A stretch of DNA of 32,000 nt from Aciduliprofundum boonei T469 (GTDB lineage: Archaea; Thermoplasmatota; Thermoplasmata; Thermoplasmatales; Aciduliprofundaceae), in the NCBI RefSeq assembly GCF_000025665.1, contig NC_013926.1, positions 210,001-242,000 of the forward strand, written 5' to 3'. Below are positions 1-8,383 of this stretch, piece after piece. The position numbers and the translations under genes are program-made. How positions within the stretch are numbered: the first letter of the stretch is position 1; each line of letters starts with the position of its first letter. The notes under the pieces were generated by a model. That model was not told where the DNA came from. It saw only the letters and a program-made list of their open reading frames with translations, and did no database searches.

Positions 1-130
1 GAATTAGGGGGATCGCATAAGCCTGAGGCTCTGTAAGCTCGGAATACTTGGAAGTAAACCACTCCCCTATAATCGGGTCAAAAAGCGATATCACCTCGTC
101 CATGCTGTACATCTTAGTAGCTCTCTCCAT
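1..130 (-). CDS. N-terminal fragment of an Lhr-type (large DEAD/DEAH) helicase; the gene runs off the left edge
   Basis: Manual minus-strand translation from ATG (complement of 130-128) gives MERATKMYSMDEVISLFDPIIGEWFTSKYSELTEPQAYAIPLI. The F-D-P-x-I-x-x-W-F ... L-T-x-P-Q-x-x-A-I-P pattern is the usual Q-motif region at the N-terminus of archaeal Lhr-like helicases. It is too short to appear in the ORF track. Confidence 0.45.
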   Translation of the reverse strand, partial: MERATKMYSMDEVISLFDPIIGEWFTSKYSELTEPQAYAIPLI

Positions 131-183
131 TTATCTACCTCAGAATTGTAGGATTAGTGTATAAAAGCATAAAAGTTTTTGCC

Positions 184-1041
184 TCACAATTTTAAATTTC
201 TCAGTATCCTTTTAGCAGTGGGGGTCGCAGCTATTCCCCCCTTCCCCGTCTCCCTTAAACTCTCAGGTAAAGCCCTACCGACCTTCTCCATTGCTTCTAC
301 AACTTCATCAAATGGTATAACGCTCTCAATTCCAGCCATAGCCATCTCAGCACTAGCAATGGCAATATTCACCGCAGTTGCATTCCTCTTCACACAAGGC
401 ACCTCCACAAAGCCCCCCACAGGGTCACATACAAGACCCATCAGAGATTTTAGAGCTATAGCAGCAGCGTGAGCGCATTTCTCCCCGTCCCCCGTGTAAT
501 AATATGTTAGCATGGCAGCAGCCATTGCAGCTCCAGAACCTATCTCTGCCTGACATCCTCCCTCCGCACCTGCCAATGTGGCTTTCTTGGAAATTACATC
601 CCCAATACCACCAGCCACAATAAAAGAATTAAGCAATTTATCAAAATCTTCTTCCTTACTCCACAATGCATAAACTATACCCGACATAACCCCACAGGCA
701 CCAGCAGTTGGGCACGCTACGATTCTCCCCATTGCAGCATTACTCTCGGCAAAGCTCAAAGCGGATATCATTGCTACCCTGTTGAATTCGCTTATGAATT
801 TTTGTTTGTAATTTTTCATCTTCCAAGCATTCGTACCTGTCATTCCCGTCAAGGTTCTCTGCTTCTTTCCAAAATTTCTGGCACCTTCTCTTATAATCGC
901 TCTCAATATCTTAGCAGCTCCTTTCCTCGTAATTTCGGGTGGCACACCCATATTCTCATACTCAGTATCCAAAATTATCTCGTGCAAAGGCCTTTTTTTA
1001 TCCTTGCTTCTTTTAACCAAATCCCCAAAATTCATCTTCAA
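184..1041 (-). CDS. sdaAA: L-serine dehydratase (iron-sulfur dependent), alpha subunit
   Basis: 285-aa ORF with CPTAGACGV and AEGGCQAEIGSGAAMAAA motifs typical of the SdaA alpha chain. There is a 4-nt start/stop overlap with the beta-subunit gene upstream. Confidence 0.9.
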   Translation of the reverse strand: MKMNFGDLVKRSKDKKRPLHEIILDTEYENMGVPPEITRKGAAKILRAIIREGARNFGKKQRTLTGMTGTNAWKMKNYKQKFISEFNRVAMISALSFAESNAAMGRIVACPTAGACGVMSGIVYALWSKEEDFDKLLNSFIVAGGIGDVISKKATLAGAEGGCQAEIGSGAAMAAAMLTYYYTGDGEKCAHAAAIALKSLMGLVCDPVGGFVEVPCVKRNATAVNIAIASAEMAMAGIESVIPFDEVVEAMEKVGRALPESLRETGKGGIAATPTAKRILRNLKL

Positions 1042-1688
1042 TCCCTCGGTATGTAAAATAACTCATAAACATAATCACATTCTTCCACTTTTTTTAAATC
1101 TTCCTTGGGCAAATTCTCATCCATTTCAATTATCCCTATCGCTATGTTCTCTGCAGCATTCACCCTGCGCATGTACAAATTCACGATATTCCTGGTGATA
1201 TTTTTCAGAATCTTGCTCATAGCTCCTACCTTGTCCTTCATAACTAGAACCAAGGTATTGTACTCCCAAGCAATATCGCATTCAACATCCTTGATTCTAA
1301 CTATCTTTATCTCTCCTCCCCCAATTGAAGAGCCCATCACATTGTAAATCTTCCCTCCTTTCCAAGTTTCAATAAGGACTGTGTTAGGATGCACATCTCC
1401 CAAATCCTCCTGGGCAAACTCATACTTGACTCCCAATTTATCTGCAATCTCATAGGCGTCCTTTATCCTTTCATCATTGGGCCTCATTCCCAAAATCCCT
1501 GCTAAAAGGGCTTTGTCAGTACCATGGCCTTTAAGGGTCTCCGCAAAAGAGCCATGAAGAGTGAACCTAACCTCCTCAGGAATACCTCCAGAAAATTTGT
1601 ATGCAAATCTTGCAATTCTCAGAGCGCCAAGAGTGTGTGAACTCGAGGGCCCAACCATAACGGGTCCAAGAACATCCAGTATTGCCAT
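1038..1688 (-). CDS. sdaAB: L-serine dehydratase (iron-sulfur dependent), beta subunit with C-terminal ACT-like region
   Basis: 216-aa ORF with the N-terminal GPSSSHTLGALRIA motif characteristic of the SDH beta domain. It is translationally coupled to sdaAA. Confidence 0.88.
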   Translation of the reverse strand: MAILDVLGPVMVGPSSSHTLGALRIARFAYKFSGGIPEEVRFTLHGSFAETLKGHGTDKALLAGILGMRPNDERIKDAYEIADKLGVKYEFAQEDLGDVHPNTVLIETWKGGKIYNVMGSSIGGGEIKIVRIKDVECDIAWEYNTLVLVMKDKVGAMSKILKNITRNIVNLYMRRVNAAENIAIGIIEMDENLPKEDLKKVEECDYVYELFYIPRD

Positions 1689-1764
1689 ATCTACTCTATA
1701 AGATGCATAAGAATAAATCTTTTTCGTGAGGAAAATTTATCTATATGCTTGAGATTTGCTTACT

Positions 1765-2295
1765 ATGAAACCTCGCATAATTAAAGGAAGAATATGGATG
1801 ATAAGGGACAAAGATGGGAAAAGAATTGATAACATTGATACCGATATGATTTTTCATAATAAATACCTCTACATCACAGATTTGAAAGAAATGGGTAAGT
1901 ATGCGTTTTCCAATCTTCCAGGCTGGGAGGATTTTCCGAAAAAAGCTAAAGAAGGGGATATCTTGATCGTTGGTCGTAATTTCGGTGCGGGAAGCTCTAG
2001 GCAGCAGGCTGTGGATTGCTTCATTGCCCTAGGAATCTCAGCCATAATTGGTGAGAGCTTTGGAGCAATATACAAAAGGAATGTGATAAACTCTGCTCTT
2101 CCCCTCATTGAAGCTCCCGGGATATTTGAATCGGATTTAAACAGCGGAGATGTCATTGAGGTAAACCTCGAAACCGGGGAGATTTTCAAGGACGGAAAAA
2201 TAATATTCAAGGCAAAGCCAATCTCAAAGGTAGCACTGGATATATACGATGCCGGAGGAATATTCGCATACGGGAAAACATTAGAAAATGCGTAG
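1765..2295 (+). CDS. Aconitase-family small subunit (LeuD/HacB-like swivel domain), with no large subunit adjacent
   Basis: NIDTDMIFHNKYL and GRNFGAGSSRQQAVD match the LeuD signature G-x-N-F-G-x-G-S-S-R-E-x-A. I place the start at ATG 1765; the track start at 1756 is a TTG. Confidence 0.8.
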   Translation: MKPRIIKGRIWMIRDKDGKRIDNIDTDMIFHNKYLYITDLKEMGKYAFSNLPGWEDFPKKAKEGDILIVGRNFGAGSSRQQAVDCFIALGISAIIGESFGAIYKRNVINSALPLIEAPGIFESDLNSGDVIEVNLETGEIFKDGKIIFKAKPISKVALDIYDAGGIFAYGKTLENA

Positions 2296-3139
2296 ATTTA
2301 CAGCCACCATATCTCTATTTCTCGTTTCTGTGGTGTGGGGCGCTACATTTCCCTTAGTGAAGGCTTCGCTTGAGTATATATCGCCCTTGGGATTCATAGC
2401 ATTAAGATTCTTGTTGGGCTTTGTAGTCCTCGCAATTTTCCTGTTCAAAAGCTTAAAAAATAGCAAAGATGCTTTAATTCCAGGACTAATTCTTTCTATA
2501 TTTCTCTTCCTTGGCTATTTCTTTCAAACTGTTGGATTGAAATATACCTCCTCATCCCATTCAGGGTTTATAACAGGCCTATATGTTGTTTTCACTCCTT
2601 TATTTGCAGTATTTATGATAAAAGAGAGAATCAGCGTGAGGGTATCAATCGCTGTTGTACTGGCACTAGTGGGTTTGTATCTACTCTCAAATATTGGTGG
2701 CGGCGTAAATTTTGGAGATTTCTTAACTCTTCTCTGCGCCATCGCCTACGCAATTCAAGTTGTTCTTGTGGCAAAATATAGTAGGATATACAACCCAAAT
2801 ACCCTAACCCTTATCGAGCTTGCCTTCGTCTTCATATTCTCCATTGGTGGGTGGGGTATTGAAGAATTCAGCATACATTGGAACTGGTTAATGATATTCG
2901 GAGTCGTATTCACCGGAATCTTTGCAACTGCTATAGCAATTCTTGTTCAAACCCATGCCCAAAGAGTATTACCCTCATCCCATGCAGCAATAATTTACAC
3001 AACAGAGCCCGTGTTTGCAGGGATATTTTCATACATTTTCCTGGGGGAGGGATTGGGAATAAAAGGGATGATTGGTGCAGTCCTCATTCTTCTTGGAATG
3101 CTCTTAGTAGCCCTCGATAGAGCTCATCAAGAGCTTTAG
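2288..3139 (+). CDS. EamA/DMT-superfamily transporter (about 10 TM)
   Basis: 283-aa polytopic hydrophobic protein with two similar halves (..GATFPLVK.., ..YTTEPVFAGIFSYIFLGE..) typical of EamA repeats. Its ATG overlaps the leuD-like stop by 8 nt. Confidence 0.8.
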   Translation: MRRFTATISLFLVSVVWGATFPLVKASLEYISPLGFIALRFLLGFVVLAIFLFKSLKNSKDALIPGLILSIFLFLGYFFQTVGLKYTSSSHSGFITGLYVVFTPLFAVFMIKERISVRVSIAVVLALVGLYLLSNIGGGVNFGDFLTLLCAIAYAIQVVLVAKYSRIYNPNTLTLIELAFVFIFSIGGWGIEEFSIHWNWLMIFGVVFTGIFATAIAILVQTHAQRVLPSSHAAIIYTTEPVFAGIFSYIFLGEGLGIKGMIGAVLILLGMLLVALDRAHQEL

Positions 3140-3821
3140 TAGCTTTCTCCCTTATAACAAAATTTGCGTATCTGCTAATTGGCGTCTCTTGTGGATTTAT
3201 CTCTATTATTTTTGCACCTTTACTCCAAGCGAGGCGAGGTAGATAGGCAGCGGGATAAACTTGAGCAGATGTACCTATGACAAGCATAACATCGCAGGAT
3301 TCTGTAAGCTCATAGGCCTTATCCACATCATAAACCGGCTCTCCGAACCACACAACATCAGGACGGAGTAATCCCCCACATCTCTTGCATTTGGGGGGAA
3401 TTTCTCTCAGAGGCACCTCGTAATTATAGTACCTTATGCCGCACTCTGTGCATTTAACCCTCCATATGTTTCCGTGCAACTCCACAACATTCTTGCTCCC
3501 AGCACGGCTATGCAGGCCATCAATATTCTGCGTTATAACCCAGAAATCGTAGAGATTCTCAAAGAGTGCAAGAACCTCATGGGCTCTGTTGGGCCTTGCT
3601 TTAGCTATATTTCTCCTCCTCTCATCGTAGAATTTCCACACCAATGCAGGATCTCTCTCAAATCCTTCAATAGTGGCAACCTTCTCAACAGGATACCCCT
3701 CCCAAAGTCCGCCTGTGCCACGAAATGTGGGTATCCCACTCTCGGCGCTTATACCTGCACCGGTGAGCGCGACAATTCTCTTGGCAGAGAGCAAGACTTT
3801 TATTACCTTAGAAAAGTCCAT
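3084..3821 (-). CDS. cobB: NAD-dependent protein deacylase, Sir2 family
   Basis: GAGISAESGIPTFRG, QNIDGLH, catalytic HGN, and a zinc ribbon CTECG...CKRCGG. The internal ATG at 3821 (MDFSKVIKVL) is preferred, because the track start at 3860 leaves only 15 nt to the divergent gene at 3876. Confidence 0.9.
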   Translation of the reverse strand: MDFSKVIKVLLSAKRIVALTGAGISAESGIPTFRGTGGLWEGYPVEKVATIEGFERDPALVWKFYDERRRNIAKARPNRAHEVLALFENLYDFWVITQNIDGLHSRAGSKNVVELHGNIWRVKCTECGIRYYNYEVPLREIPPKCKRCGGLLRPDVVWFGEPVYDVDKAYELTESCDVMLVIGTSAQVYPAAYLPRLAWSKGAKIIEINPQETPISRYANFVIREKATKALDELYRGLLRAFQEE

Positions 3822-3875
3822 AAAACCGCATGAGTTTATGGTAAAAAATTTTATAGCCAAACAGTATTTTCGTCC

Positions 3876-4571
3876 ATGGAATCCTACAGGAGGATTCTTA
3901 GGGGTATAGGAATCGATAATTATGATGTTTGGTACAATACCAGGAAAGTTCTAACTGTAGGGAATATCGTTACCTTTCTGCTCTTTCCATTAATCACCAT
4001 CTACTTCCTTCACGAGATTTACACAGATAGGTATTCTCTCACAATTAACTACATATTTATGCTGCTCCCACTCATTTACTATGCCTTTGCTCTATATGTG
4101 TATTTTAAAGAGAGGAAGATTGAGGGATGGAGGATGGATACAAGGGTAAATTCACTGATATCATCCTCACCCATAGTTGTATCTATGCTAATAATTATAA
4201 TTATCTCACTCTTCCAATATGCAATTACCGAAGAATCTATTATCAGAGTGTTTTTCTTGATTCTATCGGTGTTTTTAATTGCTCCAATTTGTTATACCAT
4301 CTATTCAATGATTTTGGGATACAAGGTAGAAAAGATGGTAAAAAGAATCTACAACATTCCAGATTTGAAGAAAGAGGTTTTCAAGAGATTGAAGAACAAG
4401 TTTCCAGAGGCAAAAGAAAAGGGAAAGTATATAGTAATTGATGGAATAAAAGTTGAAGTGATAAACAGTAAATTGAGCAATTATGCTGGAACTGTGAAAA
4501 TATATGGGTTGAGAGAATCAAATGCTTCAAAGGTAAGAAAAATAATGAAAATAGTTGATGTTCTTGGGTAA
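3876..4571 (+). CDS. Hypothetical membrane protein (about 4 TM plus a lysine-rich C-terminal soluble domain)
   Basis: 231-aa ORF with hydrophobic helices and no motif I recognise. Confidence 0.5.
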   Translation: MESYRRILRGIGIDNYDVWYNTRKVLTVGNIVTFLLFPLITIYFLHEIYTDRYSLTINYIFMLLPLIYYAFALYVYFKERKIEGWRMDTRVNSLISSSPIVVSMLIIIIISLFQYAITEESIIRVFFLILSVFLIAPICYTIYSMILGYKVEKMVKRIYNIPDLKKEVFKRLKNKFPEAKEKGKYIVIDGIKVEVINSKLSNYAGTVKIYGLRESNASKVRKIMKIVDVLG

Positions 4572-4572
4572 A

Positions 4573-5421
4573 CTATAGAGATTTTATCGACTCGGCTATC
4601 ACACCGGCCACAGTTATCTTGCTATTCCCTCCTTCTATGGTATCCGTGGCAGCGAAATCATTGACCTTGCGCATATTCTCCATAGCTCTACCTATGAACA
4701 GGCCATGGGTGCACACGGCGTATATTCTCTTCGCTCCTTGTTCCCTTAGCTGATCAGCAGCTCTTGCTATTGTACCCCCCGTGGAAATTATATCGTCCAC
4801 AATGCCAACGGTCTTACCCTCGGCATCCAGATTCTTGGGCTTTATTATGACCTCTGTACCGCTCAATCTAGTTTTTTCGAGATAATCAAACTCAACACCC
4901 ATCTCCTGGGCTACATATCTCGCCCTCTTATATCCTCCCTTGTCTGGAGATATCACCATATCCACACCCTTGGTCTTGAGCCACTCTGCAATTGGTTTTG
5001 TGGCATGTAGGTGCTTCGTTTGTATATCGAACCAAGTGAGAACATTCTCAGAATGCAAATCCATACCTATAAAATAATCGGCATTCATCTCTATGTGCCT
5101 TACCATAGCCCTCGCGCTTATTGCTTCACCTTTTTTGAATATCTTGTCCTGGCGAGAGTACCCAAAGTAAGGAATGACAGTTATTATTTTCTTCACTCCT
5201 ATTTCCCTCAGAGCATCCTGCAAGAGAAATAGCTCGATTATTTTCTCATTTGGATAGGTGGTTTGAATTAGCACTACTTCCTCATCAACATCACCATCAA
5301 TGCGAACATAGAGCTCTCCATCGGGGAATCTTTCAACATGGGGCCTTATAAAATCTTCACCAAGAATCCTTGCAACCTTCTCTCCAAGGCCTATGGATGC
5401 ACTTCCAGCAATAACATTCAT
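4573..5421 (-). CDS. prs: Ribose-phosphate pyrophosphokinase (PRPP synthase)
   Basis: FPDGELYVRI, GYSRQDK, DLHS and the PRPP-binding loop VDDIISTGGT. Confidence 0.93.
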   Translation of the reverse strand: MNVIAGSASIGLGEKVARILGEDFIRPHVERFPDGELYVRIDGDVDEEVVLIQTTYPNEKIIELFLLQDALREIGVKKIITVIPYFGYSRQDKIFKKGEAISARAMVRHIEMNADYFIGMDLHSENVLTWFDIQTKHLHATKPIAEWLKTKGVDMVISPDKGGYKRARYVAQEMGVEFDYLEKTRLSGTEVIIKPKNLDAEGKTVGIVDDIISTGGTIARAADQLREQGAKRIYAVCTHGLFIGRAMENMRKVNDFAATDTIEGGNSKITVAGVIAESIKSL

Positions 5422-5475
5422 AGTGGGTTATGGAAAATAAGATAAAAAAATTTTGTGAAGTAAAATATTTCATCA

Positions 5476-6489
5476 TTACCCAAACATTCTTTTGAAGAAT
5501 CTACTCGCTCCAAAGCGCAATACATCCTCGGCGGGCAATCCAAGCTCGTTTTCCACCTTATCTTTGAACTTGATTATCTCCTCGTCACTCATTTTCTCTC
5601 CATCTATGGCTATACCTACAACCTTTCCACCAGATACACTTTCGGCAAGAGATTCATACAATTCAATAGATCTCTCTAAACTTTGTATAGGAAAGCCCTC
5701 GTAATCGTGATGGTCTTTTCTAGTTGGGTCATGTGCTAAAACTATTTTCTTTGCATATGAGCCATGGAGAATTGCAAGAGTTACTCCACTATAGGCAGGA
5801 TGGGTCAAATCGGCTTGTCCCTCCACGAACACCATCTCATAACCCATAAATTGCTTTACCAACTCCTCCATAGCTCCAGCCATAAAATCCCCAGGAATGC
5901 GATCAATGACATATCCTGCATCCGCTCCCACCATTATACCTGTTTGTCCAGTAGCCACAAAGGCAGCTTTTCTACCTCTCTTCATAGCTTCTCTATAAAG
6001 CTCAACAGTCGTTATCATCTTACCCACGCTGCAATCCGTACCTGCTACCAAGATAGTGGGTGCATTTCTTCCACTACCATCGGCCACTTTCAGCTCTTTT
6101 GGAGGTTTTCGAACATCCCATATCTTGGCACCATTCCTCTCGGCAATTTTGCTAAGTTCTGGATCCTCACTTAAGAAATCATGTAATCCAGAAATTACCA
6201 TCTTTCCGTTTTCCAAGGCAATTTTTATCTCGTCTTTCCAATCTGCAGGCAATTTTCCACCGATAGGGGCAACACCGATTATCAACGCATCGTAATCCTC
6301 TGGAACTTGGGATATGTGCGCATATATGGGTACATCCCTCCCCTTAGGAAATATATCCTTCGCGCTCTTCCCAGCATTACTCCTGTCAAGAATACCAACA
6401 ATTTCATGCGGAGAGTAAAAGTACACGCCCCTCGCAGTTTTTCCACCTTGAATGGCAAAATAATCGTGTGCAAGTATCAGTACCCTCAT
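5476..6489 (-). CDS. DUF1611-family protein (DgcN-like putative N-acetyltransferase with a P-loop-like GTDCSVGKM motif)
   Basis: The overall pattern (VLILAHDYF..., GVAPIGGKLP, VAGTDCSVGKMITT, VEGQADLTHPAYSGVT) matches my recollection of DUF1611/PF07755. Start moved to ATG 6489 (MRVLIL...), which has a TATA-like CTTTATATAT about 20-28 nt upstream on the minus strand. Confidence 0.65.
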   Translation of the reverse strand: MRVLILAHDYFAIQGGKTARGVYFYSPHEIVGILDRSNAGKSAKDIFPKGRDVPIYAHISQVPEDYDALIIGVAPIGGKLPADWKDEIKIALENGKMVISGLHDFLSEDPELSKIAERNGAKIWDVRKPPKELKVADGSGRNAPTILVAGTDCSVGKMITTVELYREAMKRGRKAAFVATGQTGIMVGADAGYVIDRIPGDFMAGAMEELVKQFMGYEMVFVEGQADLTHPAYSGVTLAILHGSYAKKIVLAHDPTRKDHHDYEGFPIQSLERSIELYESLAESVSGGKVVGIAIDGEKMSDEEIIKFKDKVENELGLPAEDVLRFGASRFFKRMFG

Positions 6490-6566
6490 AGAAAAGTGTA
6501 GGAATGCGAATATATAAAGATATCTCCACAAAAAGTATTAAAACGAATAAAGAATATAGCAAGGTA

Positions 6567-7322
6567 ATGCGACTCAGCTTCGAAGCAAAACTTGCAGTGC
6601 TACTTATAATAAGCGCCATAGCTTTTTATGTTCTTAACTACTTTCTATTTAGAGATTTGAACTTCATTGAAAGGTATCTTTTAGCTCAACTTGGATTTTT
6701 ACCCATATCCGTACTTCTCGTTACCCTCGTGCTTAATAAATTGATGGTGAGAAGAGAGAAAATGGAGAGATTGGAGAAGTTAAACATAGTGGTTGGAACC
6801 TTCTTTGCGGAGTTGGGTAAGGACCTATTGAGATACCTATCAAAATACGACAAAAAAATAGAAAATATAGCTAGAGATTTAATGAATGTAGAAAATTTTG
6901 ATGATAGTGATTTTGAGAGAGTAAAAACAAAACTTGTAAAAAGAAAATATGATATTGACATCGAGAAAATCAACTTATACGAGTTGAGAAAATTTCTTCT
7001 TAACAATAAAGAATTCGCCATAAGTCTTCTCGATAACCCTGCAATAATCGAGCATGAAGCTTTTACAGAACTACTTTGGAATGTTCTACATGTAACCGAT
7101 GAATTAAGGAGAATACCAAGCTTTGAGAATATTGATAGGGAGGATTATCTTGATATAAAGGGAGATCTTGAAAAATTATACAAGTTGCTTATATATGAGT
7201 GGATAAGGTATGTGCAATATCTTCGTATCAGGCATCATCACATATTTGTGTATGAGGCAAAAACCAATCCTTTAATCCCTCATGCATACCATGTAAAAAA
7301 GAGAAAACTCATTGAGGAGTGA
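6567..7322 (+). CDS. Hypothetical membrane-anchored protein (2 N-terminal TM plus a helical cytoplasmic domain)
   Basis: ORF on the opposite strand between the DUF1611 and epimerase genes. ATG 6567 (MRLSFEAKLAVLL...) is preferred, because ATG 6504 would sit 14 nt from the divergent start at 6489. No family recognised. Confidence 0.5.
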   Translation: MRLSFEAKLAVLLIISAIAFYVLNYFLFRDLNFIERYLLAQLGFLPISVLLVTLVLNKLMVRREKMERLEKLNIVVGTFFAELGKDLLRYLSKYDKKIENIARDLMNVENFDDSDFERVKTKLVKRKYDIDIEKINLYELRKFLLNNKEFAISLLDNPAIIEHEAFTELLWNVLHVTDELRRIPSFENIDREDYLDIKGDLEKLYKLLIYEWIRYVQYLRIRHHHIFVYEAKTNPLIPHAYHVKKRKLIEE

Positions 7323-8349
7323 CTCCAAGTCCAGGCTTATCTGGCACATAATTGTAGCCGTCTCTATATTCCACCCCCAAATATGGCTGTTTAGTCAAAT
7401 CCCAATAGCCATCTAAATCAGCGTAATCTGCTCCTATTCCAAGGGCAAAATGGGTGCCTGCTGTTATGCCCACCTTTGTCTCTATCATACACCCAACCAT
7501 GATTTTCATACCTGCTGCTCTGGCAATGGATGCCATTTTCATCGCCTCGTATATCCCTCCGCTCTTCATAAGTTTTATATTAATTCCATCCACTTTGCCT
7601 ATCAAGCGCAGCACATCCAATGAATCGTGGACACTCTCATCTGCAATTATAGGTATATCCACACTCTCCCTCAAAATTTTCAGATTATCAATCTCGCTTG
7701 CAGGAATGGGTTGCTCTGCAAATTCTATTTCAAATTTTTCTATTTCTCGCAAAACTTTCATAGCTCTTTTTAGAGAATACCCCTGATTCCCATCAACTCT
7801 AATTTTAGCGTCTGTCATCTTTCTTATGGCCCTCACTCTTTCAATATCTTCATCAGGATTTAATCCTATCTTGACCTTCAGCACTTTTGCTCCAGCATCT
7901 AGGAGTTTCCTTGCGTGCTGCAAAGTATAATTCAAATCTCCAATATCCACCGTTAGAGATGTTTCTATCTTATCTTTCTTTCCTCCCAATATATCTTTAA
8001 GTGGTACCTCAAGTTTTTGAGCCAAAATATCATATAATGCAAAATCAATCGCAGCCTTGGCACTTGGAGTACCCAAGAGAGAGGAATTTAAATCATCCAT
8101 AATTTTACCTATTTTTACAGGATTCCTGCCTATAATCAGAGGTTTAAATCTTTTTAATGCTGCCACAGTAGATTCCACTGTGTCTCCAGTTATACGAGGC
8201 GCTGGCGCAGCCTCTCCATATCCGCAATACTCCTCAGTGCAGATTTTAACAATTACACCTCTGTATGTATCCATTGTTTCAAAAGCTATCTTAAATGGCT
8301 TTCTCAAAGGTATTTCCAAAACATCCCATTTCATACTCACAATTTCCAT
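7309..8349 (-). CDS. Enolase-superfamily dipeptide / N-acyl-amino-acid epimerase (MR/MLE subgroup)
   Basis: K-x-K motif (LKVKIG), metal ligands in RVDGNQG, FAEQP and IIADES, and the second catalytic Lys in KLMKSGG. Confidence 0.85.
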   Translation of the reverse strand: MEIVSMKWDVLEIPLRKPFKIAFETMDTYRGVIVKICTEEYCGYGEAAPAPRITGDTVESTVAALKRFKPLIIGRNPVKIGKIMDDLNSSLLGTPSAKAAIDFALYDILAQKLEVPLKDILGGKKDKIETSLTVDIGDLNYTLQHARKLLDAGAKVLKVKIGLNPDEDIERVRAIRKMTDAKIRVDGNQGYSLKRAMKVLREIEKFEIEFAEQPIPASEIDNLKILRESVDIPIIADESVHDSLDVLRLIGKVDGINIKLMKSGGIYEAMKMASIARAAGMKIMVGCMIETKVGITAGTHFALGIGADYADLDGYWDLTKQPYLGVEYRDGYNYVPDKPGLGVTPQ

Positions 8350-8383
8350 AAGTTGAGAATGGATACAAAGAAAATAAACTTTC

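Noticed and set aside
179-472. 97-aa plus-strand ORF antisense to sdaAA. Similar long antisense ORFs occur at 5764-6174, 10875-11291, 11345-11731, 13350-13751, 16074-16394, 22258-22587 and 23639-23981.
   Set aside because: Each lies entirely inside a gene with strong family motifs on the other strand. Their translations are low-complexity (S/L/I/F/P-rich) with no recognisable motifs. These are typical shadow ORFs.
3084-3139. 56-nt convergent overlap between the 3' ends of the EamA transporter and Sir2 genes.
   Set aside because: Both overlapping tails lie beyond the conserved cores of their families, and this genome is very compact. It is probably tolerated overlap or slightly over-extended ORFs rather than a regulatory antisense arrangement.
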